Shown: positions 48,321 through 58,043 of the stretch, piece after piece
Layout of the letters: each line of letters begins with the position of its first letter
How positions within the stretch are numbered: the first letter of the stretch is position 1
DNA from: Deltaproteobacteria bacterium
GTDB taxonomy: Bacteria > Desulfobacterota > Binatia > UBA1149 > JAJCZL01
Assembly: GCA_029262415.1 (NCBI GenBank)
Contig: JAJCZL010000068.1
Location: forward strand, 2,372 to 66,371
Reading direction: 5' to 3'
Length of the DNA stretch: 64,000 bases
Notes under the pieces: generated by a model
Told to the model about the DNA's origin: nothing
The model's database searches: none
The model's input: the letters and a program-made list of their open reading frames with translations, nothing else
Translations under genes and position numbers: made by a program

Positions 48321-48692
48321 ATGGGTATGAGTGATCAGGAGCGATCAGTTGGAGAGCTAAAACATCGAGTGGCGGACTTCTGTTCCGCGCGCGACTGGGA
48401 CCAATTTCACGGTCCCAAGTCTGTCGCAGCCGGTCTGGTCACGGAGGCGGCTGAGTTGTTAGCCGAGCTACGCTTCGCGACCGATGAACAAGAGATAGCG
48501 GCCGTGCAGGATCCCGCTCGCCGCGAACGGCTGGCCGATGAGTTGGCTGACGTGTTTTTCTTCCTGCTCCGTTTTGCCCAACGATTCGATTTCGATCTGT
48601 CCGAATGCCTGGACGCCAAGCTTGCAAAGAATGCCGAGCGTTACTCCGTTGCGAAGTCGCGCGGACGCAACGCGAAGTACGATGAGCTTTAG
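48321..48692 (+). CDS. MazG-like nucleotide pyrophosphohydrolase domain protein
   Basis: EAAELLAE...ELADVFFFLLRFA helix pair typical of the all-alpha NTP-PPase (MazG) fold; start between 48279 and 48327. Confidence 0.6.
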   Translation: MGMSDQERSVGELKHRVADFCSARDWDQFHGPKSVAAGLVTEAAELLAELRFATDEQEIAAVQDPARRERLADELADVFFFLLRFAQRFDFDLSECLDAKLAKNAERYSVAKSRGRNAKYDEL

Positions 48693-48695
48693 TCG

Positions 48696-50639
48696 ATGAG
48701 ACTCTACTCGGGGCCGGTCGACCGCTTCATCAGCGACACGGTTCGCAACCGTGTCGCTGACAAGCTGAAGGACGCATTCTTCGCCTATCACCGCTTCCAG
48801 CCGGGGCCGAGTGAAGTCACATCTTGGCGCAACTCGCTGCGCGCAACGGCGCAGGTCTTTCAAGAGGCGGGGTTCGACGACCACGGCGTCATCCTTGAAT
48901 ACCAACTGCCAATGACGTCGAAACGGCTCGATTGCATGGTCTCGGGCCGCGATGCCGCGGGTGCTCCAAACGCTGTGATCATGGAGCTTAAGCAATGGGA
49001 CAAATGCGAGGAGGCCTACGGTGACGAAGTGGTCGCCACATTCGTCGGTGGGGCTGTTCGTGAGGTGTTGCATCCGTCGGCACAGGTCGGCCGCTACCAG
49101 CGCTATCTAGAAGACTCGCACACGGCTTTCTACGATGGGGAGAACCCGATCAAGCTGAGTTCATGTGCATACCTACACAACTACACGCCTGTAGAGAACG
49201 ACCTGCTCTTGGCGGAAAAGTACCGTCCGCTGCTTGATGAGTTTCCGACCTACACAGCTGACGATGTCGATGAGCTGCTAGGGCACCTTACCGACAAACT
49301 CGGCGCAGGTGGCGGGATGCCGCTTCTCGAGCAGATCGAGGAGAGCCGATACCGGCCGAGCAAGAAGCTGTTGGACCACGTCGCCGGCGTGATCAAGGGG
49401 AAACCTGAGTACGTACTGCTCGACGAACAAGAGATTGTTTATGAGCGGGTGCTCTCCGCTGCGCAGGATGGGTTCGCGGATCGCAAACACGCTGTAGTGA
49501 TCGTGAAGGGTGGACCCGGTACGGGCAAATCGGTCATCGCGATCAATCTGCTCGCCGATCTCTCGTTGAAGGGCTTCAATTCGCACTATGCGACCGGTTC
49601 GAAGGCGTTTACTGAAACTCTGAGGAAGGCGGTTGGGAAGCGAAGCGAAGTGCAGTTCAAGTACTTCAACCAGTATGGCCAGGCGCAACCTAACGATGTC
49701 GACGTGCTGATCTGCGATGAAGCGCACCGGATTCGTGTGACGAGCAACGACCGGTTCACGCCGAAAGCGAACAGGTCGGACAACCCACAAATCGATGAGC
49801 TATTTGATGCCGCGAAGGTCAACGTATTCTTCATCGACGACAAGCAAGGTGTGCGGCCGCTGGAGATCGGTTCGGCTGATTACATCCGAGACGCTGCCGC
49901 CCGCCGTGGCAGCCGAGTGTTTGACTATCAGCTGGAGGCGCAGTTTCGGTGCGCCGGCTCTGACGGGTTCGTTAACTGGGTGAGCAATACGCTTGAGATC
50001 GAGCGTACCGCCAATGTGCTCTGGGACGCAGGCGACGAACAATTCGACTTTCGCATCATGGATTCGCCGGCTGCGCTCGAGACCGCGATTCGACAACGGG
50101 TGTTTGACGGAAACACCGGCCGAATGGTCGCCGGGTTTTGCTGGCCCTGGTCTAAACCGAAAGCAGATCGGACCCTAGAGGATGACGTTGTTATCGGGGA
50201 TTTTGGCCGCCCCTGGAATGCGCGCTCCGACGCCGGTCGACTCGCCCAGGGCATACCGAAGGAGTCGTTCTGGGCGACGGATCCGAACGGTATCGAGCAG
50301 GTCGGATGTGTATACACCGCTCAAGGTTTCGAATTCGACTACGTCGGCGTGATCTGGGGGCCTGACCTTGTTTACGACTTTGATGCGAACGCCTGGCGTG
50401 GTGACAAGACCGCGTCGAAAGACTCAACGGTAAAGCGTGCGAAAGAAGGGTTTACCGAGTTCGTTAAAAATACGTACCGCGTGCTTTTATCACGTGGGAT
50501 GAAGGGGTGCTACGTGTACTTCATGGACAAGGATACGGAGAGGTATTTTAAAAGTCGGATGGAGGGGTTGGATAAGGCGGCTGATCGATGGGGAGATTTG
50601 GAGGCGGCGGAATCGAAGCCGAAATACGGGTCTGAGTAG
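48696..50639 (+). CDS. DUF2075-family protein: N-terminal PD-(D/E)xK-like nuclease motif + SF1 helicase/ATPase core
   Basis: RLDCMV...IMELKQW (D..ExK); Walker A VKGGPGTGKS; Walker B VLICDEAHR; UvrD-like motif VYTAQGFEFDYVGV; start 4 nt after the MazG-like gene stop. Confidence 0.65.
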   Translation: MRLYSGPVDRFISDTVRNRVADKLKDAFFAYHRFQPGPSEVTSWRNSLRATAQVFQEAGFDDHGVILEYQLPMTSKRLDCMVSGRDAAGAPNAVIMELKQWDKCEEAYGDEVVATFVGGAVREVLHPSAQVGRYQRYLEDSHTAFYDGENPIKLSSCAYLHNYTPVENDLLLAEKYRPLLDEFPTYTADDVDELLGHLTDKLGAGGGMPLLEQIEESRYRPSKKLLDHVAGVIKGKPEYVLLDEQEIVYERVLSAAQDGFADRKHAVVIVKGGPGTGKSVIAINLLADLSLKGFNSHYATGSKAFTETLRKAVGKRSEVQFKYFNQYGQAQPNDVDVLICDEAHRIRVTSNDRFTPKANRSDNPQIDELFDAAKVNVFFIDDKQGVRPLEIGSADYIRDAAARRGSRVFDYQLEAQFRCAGSDGFVNWVSNTLEIERTANVLWDAGDEQFDFRIMDSPAALETAIRQRVFDGNTGRMVAGFCWPWSKPKADRTLEDDVVIGDFGRPWNARSDAGRLAQGIPKESFWATDPNGIEQVGCVYTAQGFEFDYVGVIWGPDLVYDFDANAWRGDKTASKDSTVKRAKEGFTEFVKNTYRVLLSRGMKGCYVYFMDKDTERYFKSRMEGLDKAADRWGDLEAAESKPKYGSE

Positions 50640-50649
50640 CGCTTCCTCG

Positions 50650-53600
50650 ATGGCGTTGAATTGCCCTTTCTGTTCCCCCGCCTCCGAGTCCGTCTTCCAC
50701 GCGGGCTCAGCGATTCTCGCCCTCTGGGACGCCCACCCCGTCTCCCAGGGCCACGCCCTCCTAATCCCTAAACGCCACGTCGAAACCTGGTTCGACGCCA
50801 CGCCTGAGGAACAAGCCGAACTCACCGCCGCGATTGCAATAGCTAAGCAGGCGATTGAAGAACAGCACACGCCAGACGGCTACAACATCGGCATCAACGT
50901 CGGCCCCGAGGCAGGACAAACCGTCTTTCACCTGCACGTCCATGTGATCCCGCGCTACCGTGGTGACGTCGACGATCCGCGTGGCGGCGTGCGCTCGGTA
51001 ATTCCTGCCAAGAAAATCCCCGAGAGCGCCCTTACAACCGGCCCGGTCGACGGTGACGAGACGGTCAAGGACACCGAGAACGCTCGATACGCTCCGTCGG
51101 CACTCACGGGTCTGCCGCGCAATCGCGGGATCGTCACGGGTGGCCTGGACGATCCGCTCATCTATCACCTACGCGCACACCTTGACGACGCACGACGCGC
51201 CGATATCGCCGTTGCCTTTGTGCTCGAGACCGGTGTGATCGAAATCGAGGCGCACCTGGCCGAGATCGTCACCAAAGACGACGGCCGCCTGCGTTTGCTA
51301 ACCGGCGACTACCAAGGCGTGACCGAACCCGGCGCGCTGCGCCGCTTGCTCGATCTGACAGCACCTCATCCCGAGCGCGTCGAGCTGCGCGTGTACGAAA
51401 CCGGAGGCGGTAGTTTTCATCCAAAATCCTACATCGTTGAGAACCGCCGCGGCGAGGTTACGGCCTATGTAGGCAGCTCGAACCTGACGCGCACGGCACT
51501 GCGCACCGGCGTTGAATGGAACTACCGACCAGGGAGTGTCTCGCATCCCGAGGGCGTGACCGACGTGCAAGCTGCGTTCGAGCGACTTTTCAAGGACCCA
51601 AAGACCAAGCCGCTCGATGCCGTATGGATCGATAGCTATGAAGCCCGGCGCGCAACGGCGCAGACGCGCATGGACGCACCGGCCGGTATTCCCGATGAAC
51701 CCCCGCCGCCACCGCCCGATCCGCACGCTATCCAACAAGAAGCGCTCGCCGCACTAGGCGCCACGCGCGATGATGGCAACCGCGCAGGCCTTGTGGTGAT
51801 GGGCACGGGCCTTGGTAAGACCTGGCTTGCGGCCTTTGACAGCGCCGTGGCCGGTGCGCGACGCGTGTTGTTCGTCGCGCACCGCGAAGAGATTCTGGCA
51901 CAGGCGCTTTCAACATTTCGCCGCATCCGTCCTGAGGCCAAGCTCGGCTTCTTTAACGGGCTGGCGAAGATCGCCGATGCCGACGTGCTGTTTGCGTCTG
52001 TGCAGACACTCAGCCGCCGCAACCACCTGGACCGCTTCGACGCGCACGATTTCGACTACATTATTATCGATGAATTCCACCACGCCGCCGCGGCGACTTA
52101 CCGGCGTGTGATCGGTTACTTTGAACCGGAGTTCCTGCTGGGACTGACGGCAACGCCCGAGCGCACCGACGGCGGCGACTTGCTCGGCCTTTGCGGTGAA
52201 AACCTCGTTTACCGCTGCGACTTCCTGCGCGGGATCCGCCAAGGCCTGCTCTCACCGTTTCACTACTTCGGCGTGCCCGATGAGGTCGACTACGCGAACA
52301 TCCCGTGGCGAAGCTCGCGCTTTGACGAAGCAGAACTAACTCTCGCCTTGGCCACCGAGAAACGCGCGGCCAATGCGTTGGCGCAGCTTCGCGAGCGCGG
52401 CGGCACACGGACTTTGGCTTTTTGCTGCTCAAGGCGCCACGCCGATTTTATGTGCGAATACTTCAGGGGCGCGGGTATGCGCGCGGCGGCCGTCCACTCG
52501 GGCGAGACTTCCGACCCGCGCGCTACTTCCTTGGAACTGCTCGAAGAAGGCGAACTCGACGTCGTTTGCGCAGTAGACATGTTCAACGAGGGCGTCGACA
52601 TCCCCGAGGTCGACACCGTCTTGATGCTGCGCCCAACCGAGTCGCGCATCCTTTGGCTGCAGCAGCTCGGGCGCGGCTTGCGGCAGTGCGAGGGCAAGAC
52701 GCTTAAGATCATCGACTACATCGGCAACCACCGCAGCTTCTTGCTAAAACCGCAGGCGCTGTTCGGGTTGGAGCAGGGCGATCGCCACGTCCGTGATGTG
52801 CTGGTGGCCGTCGCCGCTGGCTCGTACGACCTACCGCCCGGATGTGAGGTGACCTACGACCTTGAGGCTGTGCGCATCTTCGAGGCGATGCTTCATTCAG
52901 AGAGCGCGGGCGACCTGATGCGCACGTTCTACGAGGATTTTCTTGCCGAACATGGCGAACGTCCGACCGCCCCGGAAGCGTTTTATGCGGGCCTTTCGCC
53001 GCGCTCGGTTCGCAAGAGCTACGGGTCGTGGCTTGGGTTCATAGAGCAGATGGGTGGGCTCACCGAGCCCGAGCAGGCCGTGCGCGCGGGTAGCACCGGC
53101 ACGCTACTTGAGCACCTCGAGACCACGCCGATGTCGCGGAGCTTTAAGATGCTCGTGCTGCTCGCGATGATCGAAGCGGAGGCCTTTCCGGGGCGGATCT
53201 CGATTGAGGATCTTGTCGAGAGAGTGCGAAAGATGGCGCGCCGGTCGGTTCGCGTGCGTACCGATCTTGGCGTCGATATCGAAGACGCCGAAGTAGTGCG
53301 TCGGCATCTCGAACAGAATCCAATTGCAGCCTGGGTCGGAGGGCAGGGGACCGGCGGTGATGCCCACTTTGCTTACGAAGACGGCGAGTTCCGTACGGTG
53401 TTCGGCGCCGGCGACGTTAGTGATGCGCATGCGTATTTGGATCTTGCGCGCGAGTTGGCCGAGTGGCGTTTGGTGCAGTACTTGGATCGGCCGGGGCAAT
53501 CTGACGGCGATCGGATTGTTTGTAGCGTCACGCACAACGCGTCGGGCACGCCCATCTTGATGCTGCCCGATCGCGAGAGGGTGGCTCAGATTCCGAAGGG

Positions 53601-54282
53601 CTGGGTTCGGGTACGAATCGGCGAGGAAAACTTGGAGGCGAACTTCGTAAAGATCGCAGTCAACGTCATGCGGCGTGAAGATACCGAGGAGAACGTACTT
53701 GGGGAAGTATTACGGGGATGGTTCGGTGAGAAGGCCGGCGCATCGGGGACTGCGCAGCGGGTGGTGTTTGAGAGAGGCGAGGATGCGTATGAGTTGGTGC
53801 CGGTCGGGGTTGATGTCCCAGGCAAACCGTCTGGTGCGATCGTGGGCAAGGCCTACAAGCGTGCCGATATTCCCGGGTTGTTTGACCAGGAGCTGACGGT
53901 CGATTTCCAACGCTCGGGTTTCATCGTGAGAGACGGGCACATGTACTTGCTCGTCACGCTTGATAAGTCCGGCTTCGCCGAAGAACACAAATACGGCGAC
54001 CGGTTTCTCTCAGGAGAACTATTCGAGTGGCAGAGTCAGAACCGAACGACGCAGAGTGGTAAGCACGGGCAGCTGATCAAGGGGCACCGAGAGTCTGGCG
54101 TAACGGTGCATCTGTTTGTGCGCGAGCGTAAGGACGTCAGAGGCACGGCATTGCCGTATGTGTATTGCGGCGACCTCGACTTCGTGGATTGGGAAAGAGA
54201 GAAACCGATTACCGTGCGCTGGCGGTTGCAGGTACCGCTTTCAGCCGATCTTCAACGAAGGTTCGCGGTTGGTAGGTCGTAG
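50650..54282 (+). CDS. 1210-aa multidomain protein: HIT (histidine triad) - PLD/HKD nuclease - SF2 helicase (ResIII + HelicC) - DUF3427
   Basis: HIT HLHVHVIP (aa 94-100); HKD FHPKSY...GSSNLT (aa about 256-280); Walker A GTGLGKT and DEFH; helicase-C QQLGRGLR; C-terminal DUF3427-like region; start 10 nt after the DUF2075 gene stop. Confidence 0.7.
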   Translation: MALNCPFCSPASESVFHAGSAILALWDAHPVSQGHALLIPKRHVETWFDATPEEQAELTAAIAIAKQAIEEQHTPDGYNIGINVGPEAGQTVFHLHVHVIPRYRGDVDDPRGGVRSVIPAKKIPESALTTGPVDGDETVKDTENARYAPSALTGLPRNRGIVTGGLDDPLIYHLRAHLDDARRADIAVAFVLETGVIEIEAHLAEIVTKDDGRLRLLTGDYQGVTEPGALRRLLDLTAPHPERVELRVYETGGGSFHPKSYIVENRRGEVTAYVGSSNLTRTALRTGVEWNYRPGSVSHPEGVTDVQAAFERLFKDPKTKPLDAVWIDSYEARRATAQTRMDAPAGIPDEPPPPPPDPHAIQQEALAALGATRDDGNRAGLVVMGTGLGKTWLAAFDSAVAGARRVLFVAHREEILAQALSTFRRIRPEAKLGFFNGLAKIADADVLFASVQTLSRRNHLDRFDAHDFDYIIIDEFHHAAAATYRRVIGYFEPEFLLGLTATPERTDGGDLLGLCGENLVYRCDFLRGIRQGLLSPFHYFGVPDEVDYANIPWRSSRFDEAELTLALATEKRAANALAQLRERGGTRTLAFCCSRRHADFMCEYFRGAGMRAAAVHSGETSDPRATSLELLEEGELDVVCAVDMFNEGVDIPEVDTVLMLRPTESRILWLQQLGRGLRQCEGKTLKIIDYIGNHRSFLLKPQALFGLEQGDRHVRDVLVAVAAGSYDLPPGCEVTYDLEAVRIFEAMLHSESAGDLMRTFYEDFLAEHGERPTAPEAFYAGLSPRSVRKSYGSWLGFIEQMGGLTEPEQAVRAGSTGTLLEHLETTPMSRSFKMLVLLAMIEAEAFPGRISIEDLVERVRKMARRSVRVRTDLGVDIEDAEVVRRHLEQNPIAAWVGGQGTGGDAHFAYEDGEFRTVFGAGDVSDAHAYLDLARELAEWRLVQYLDRPGQSDGDRIVCSVTHNASGTPILMLPDRERVAQIPKGWVRVRIGEENLEANFVKIAVNVMRREDTEENVLGEVLRGWFGEKAGASGTAQRVVFERGEDAYELVPVGVDVPGKPSGAIVGKAYKRADIPGLFDQELTVDFQRSGFIVRDGHMYLLVTLDKSGFAEEHKYGDRFLSGELFEWQSQNRTTQSGKHGQLIKGHRESGVTVHLFVRERKDVRGTALPYVYCGDLDFVDWEREKPITVRWRLQVPLSADLQRRFAVGRS

Positions 54283-54347
54283 TCCCGGGAATGGCTGCCG
54301 CAATCGCCGCGGGTAAATCCATCATGCGAAGGCGACGCTAGCCCTCC

Positions 54348-54941
54348 TCACCTCAACTTCCCCTCCGTCCGCAGCACCGCCTTTGTCAGCAACCGGATAA
54401 TCTCGACCTCGGTCACCCCGAATCGTGCAAGCAATTCGTAGACCCGGCCGACAGTTGTTTGGACCTCCTTTCTCGCCCGTCGCGTCTTCTCGGTTTGGCC
54501 GGCTGCTTCGATTTCGGCCGGGGTGGCTTTGAGCAAGGCGGCTACGCGTAGAACCAGAGTTGCATCGATCGGACTGTCTGGCACCGGCACGTCTTTTCGT
54601 GTCGACCCAGCGGTTCGCGCGCCCGCCGGTTCCTTGGGCTCAAAGCCGCGAACGGAGAACTTGCCGATTTTCAGTTGGCCGCCCTCAATCCCGATCTCGA
54701 TATCCTTGCTTCGCGGCAGCATCGTTCGCAGCTTTACGAGCGGAGTAACGCTGATCGAGATTCGCCCAAGTGACGCCCCACGCGCAGGGATCGTGTGTTT
54801 TACGCGCGGCATCTCGAATCGAACTGCATCGCCGGTAACGGTCACGACAACTCGGCACGCGCCGAACTGCTTCTCGGCGGTCGCCAACTGTTTGAGTGCG
54901 TCGCGCAGTTCTCTGCGGTCTACCTTTGTACGGCTGGCCAT
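54348..54941 (-). CDS. hypothetical protein (no recognizable domain)
   Basis: 197-aa ORF with M start, convergent with the giant helicase gene; no motif recognized. Confidence 0.35.
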   Translation of the reverse strand: MASRTKVDRRELRDALKQLATAEKQFGACRVVVTVTGDAVRFEMPRVKHTIPARGASLGRISISVTPLVKLRTMLPRSKDIEIGIEGGQLKIGKFSVRGFEPKEPAGARTAGSTRKDVPVPDSPIDATLVLRVAALLKATPAEIEAAGQTEKTRRARKEVQTTVGRVYELLARFGVTEVEIIRLLTKAVLRTEGKLR

Positions 54942-55082
54942 CGGGCAGGCAGCGTAGCGGGAAGTTGGGTGCGATGAAACATGAGATGAAACACGAGCGG
55001 TGGCGACCCAGTCTTCGCCGCGAATCTTGAGGGTAGAGACGGTGCGAGTTTAGCGCGAAGGCAAGGCTACGGAACCAAACGA

Positions 55083-55283
55083 CTACTTGCCCTTAGCGTC
55101 CTGTGTTTGACGGGGTTTGTCGTTCGCTTCTTCACGTGACCGCCTCGTCTCGTCGTTTCGCAAGATACTGTCTACACTCGGCGTTCGCATCCATTCAGGC
55201 CAGGCCTCGACCTCCTTGGCCGTACGGTGCACATCCTTCCAGAAATCTTCGCTGCTAGCTTTCTTGTTCTTTTTCATGAGCAC
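55083..55283 (-). CDS. small Lys/Glu-rich hypothetical protein
   Basis: 66-aa ORF upstream of 54348..54941 on the same strand; local GC lower than surroundings. Confidence 0.2.
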   Translation of the reverse strand: MLMKKNKKASSEDFWKDVHRTAKEVEAWPEWMRTPSVDSILRNDETRRSREEANDKPRQTQDAKGK

Positions 55284-55489
55284 TCACCTTCAAGGATTCT
55301 CCGATTCCGTCAAGAAGAGCAACTGCCTTCTTTTCGCGTTCTGGGTATGCGATTGAAACCATTGGCGTACGAGGGTGCGAGTCCACCGCACGCTCTGTTT
55401 ATTACTGATGGGATTGCAACTCCCCCCGGCCCCGCCTCGCCCCGCCCCGGCTTGTCACCACGACTTCCACAGCTTAGTTTCGACACCCA

Positions 55490-57182
55490 CATGGCTGGTC
55501 GCAAAAAGCCGCGCCGCCGTCGCGCTCGGACATCCGCGCGCGCGGAGGGCTGCGGGCAGTGGGTTCTTGCGGTGCGGAGGTTTCCCGGCGTGGTTGCCGA
55601 GCCCGGCCGCGACGAAGTCCGTCCGCTGATTGTCATCTGCTACGAGACCGAATCCGACCTTGTCGTGGGACAGACGCTGGTGATGCCCGATGAGCTGACC
55701 GGCGCGTGCGCACGTGTGCTGAGCAGCGCGTGCGCGGCACCGTCGGCGGGCGCCCCGAGGACCCCGGCCCGTGTGTGGGTGGAGAGCGTGGAGATCGCAG
55801 AAGAACTCTCCTCCATCAAAGGTCTTCGCGCCGAGGTTGTCGTCGGCGAGGTGCCGGAGATCGATGGGGTGATGGATTCGTTGCGGGCCTCGTTGGCCGG
55901 CAGCGGCCGGGCTTCCGACGAAGGGCCGGGCTACCTGCAAGACGGCGGTTTATCGCGCGAGACGGTTGGCGCGTTGTTCGAGGCGGCGCGCGCACTGTAC
56001 GCCGTCGCACCGTGGAAGGATTGCAACGAGTGTCTTGCTCGCATCGATATTCCCGAGCTCGACGTGGCGGGGGCGTGTCTCGTGGTCATCGGCGCGCTCG
56101 GCGATGTTTTCGGGTTTTTGCTGTTCCCCTCGGCCGATGCCCATGAGCAGTTCATCGAAGCCACCGCGCGTACGCGACGCGGCGGGCCCGACCGTTTCGG
56201 CACACCGTTTACGTCGTTGACGTTTGTGTGCGCAGCCGATCTGCCCTCGCGGCACCGCCGCGAGGCCATGCGCGAGCGTTGGCCGGTAGCCTCCAGCGAA
56301 GCCTACCCGTTGCCCGAACGTCTGGACTCAGACGGACTCCGACGCTCCCTCACCGAACGCGACATGAAGGTGCTCGGCGCAGTCACCTCGGCTCTGTGCG
56401 CTTTCGCCGTTCGCCACCCACGATCGCTTACCGATCCCGACAGCGCTCCGGTGCGTGAAACCAGTTCGGGCCGCGACAACATCGCGGTTCGAATCACCGT
56501 GCCCTATGAGGCCTACGAGTTATTTGAAGCCAAACCAACGGGTGCGGCGGGCAAACGCGAGTCGAAGCTTAAGGTCGAAGACCGCTTACTCGGCAGAATG
56601 CTCGGGTTCGCATGCGAGACGCTGGGGCGCAGCTTCGTTGCGGAGATGGAAAGCGACTTCGACGACATCGAGTCTGCCGTTCAACTCGTGCTGCCCTTCG
56701 GCTTGTTTCATCGCCTCTACGGCGGGCGCACGGTTGCCGCGCGCTTCTTTGATGCCCACGGCTCAGAGCTTGCGGGCGAGGAGGCAAAGCTGTTTGCGGC
56801 GCACCGAGAGGGTTGGTTGAGCATTTGGGAGGTCGAGCAGGTGCAGCGCGGGCGCGGCCTGGAGTTGCTTGACGTCTTATCGGGCCAACGGTGCACGGTT
56901 GTCGAGAAAACGCTTTCTCGCAGTGTCGCCGAAGGGCATTGCCTGCTTGCGTGTGTGCTGCGCATGGATGGCCGGTTCGTCATCAACGGCATGCACGGGC
57001 GTCCGCTGGCGGCGCCTGTTGCCGCGCTAGTCGCCGAACGTGGGCGCAGGCGACTGCGCCGCAAGCGCGAGGTTCCGGTGGAGCGCTTGCGCGACGGCCG
57101 CTTCGCGCGCGCACTGCTCGGATACTGGGAAGACGCGGTTGCGACGCTCGATGCGGCTTTGCGGCCTAGCGGCCGCGGATAG
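55490..57182 (+). CDS. hypothetical protein (about 564 aa from MAGRKKPRRRR)
   Basis: Long ORF 55227..57182; Arg-rich N-terminus then acidic/Leu-rich body; no motif recognized. Confidence 0.35.
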
Positions 57183-57570
57183 AGAGAGCCGCGCGCCGCA
57201 AACCGCCGTGCCGCGCGAGCACCTCGAAATCGCTGTCGCAGTGTAGCACCGCGACGTCCTCGCGGATTGCCACCGCGGCGATCAGGCAGTCAATGAGTTT
57301 ACGAACGGTCTCGCCTTGCGCCCGGCATCGGCGGTGCAGTGCAGCGGCTTGGTCGTAGTCGCCTGGGCCGGTTGCAAGCACTGTTGCGCGGGCGAGCAAA
57401 CGCCTAAGGCTCATCAGGTGGCGGTCGTCGCGCGCCCCGGCCATGACCTCCATGCGGATCGGGTCGCAGACGGCGATTTCATCATCGAGCAGACGGTCGA
57501 CGCTGATGCATGCCGGTGAGCCGGTATCGCGCAGAAACTCGACCCATGCAGAGGTGTCAACGAGGGTCAC
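57166..57570 (-). CDS. vapC: PIN-domain toxin VapC
   Basis: MTLVDTSAWVEFLRD N-terminus; paralog of 36140..36541. Confidence 0.7.
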   Translation of the reverse strand: MTLVDTSAWVEFLRDTGSPACISVDRLLDDEIAVCDPIRMEVMAGARDDRHLMSLRRLLARATVLATGPGDYDQAAALHRRCRAQGETVRKLIDCLIAAVAIREDVAVLHCDSDFEVLARHGGLRRAALSIRGR

Positions 57571-57769
57571 TCGCCCGCCCGCTGCGCATTTGTTCCAGAT
57601 CTCCCTCCCAACCAGAGCCGCGCAGGCGCCTGGCCTCGTCGAGGTCCAGCGGTTCTGCGGCGAGCAGTTGTAGCGCGAGGTTCACGGCGTCGCGTTTGGT
57701 CGAAAGGCGGTAGCGACGCATAACCTCGGCGCAAGCCCGCTCGTCTATATCAATGTTCGTGCGCGCCAT
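57557..57769 (-). CDS. vapB: VapB-family antitoxin
   Basis: MARTNIDIDERACAEVMRRYRL N-terminus typical of VapB; overlaps vapC start by 14 nt. Confidence 0.6.
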   Translation of the reverse strand: MARTNIDIDERACAEVMRRYRLSTKRDAVNLALQLLAAEPLDLDEARRLRGSGWEGDLEQMRSGRASDPR

Positions 57770-58043
57770 ACACCACCTATACACCAATACGTGGCCAGCC
57801 TACAACCCGTCAAATCAGGCGCTATTGGGCACTTTTGCTCGACGACAATTACTTTTGCCGGTTGGGGTGGGGAGGTATATTGCGGGTCGGCGCTGCGTGG
57901 GCGCGCATGGGTAGACGACGCGCAGGGATTTGAGTCGGTTATTTGTTGATGGTAATAACTGGCATAAATTTGGTATTTAGATAGATTATTACCACTATTC
58001 GCGCAAGCCCTGCGCCCCGGTACTAGAGGGAAAGTCCTAATAA

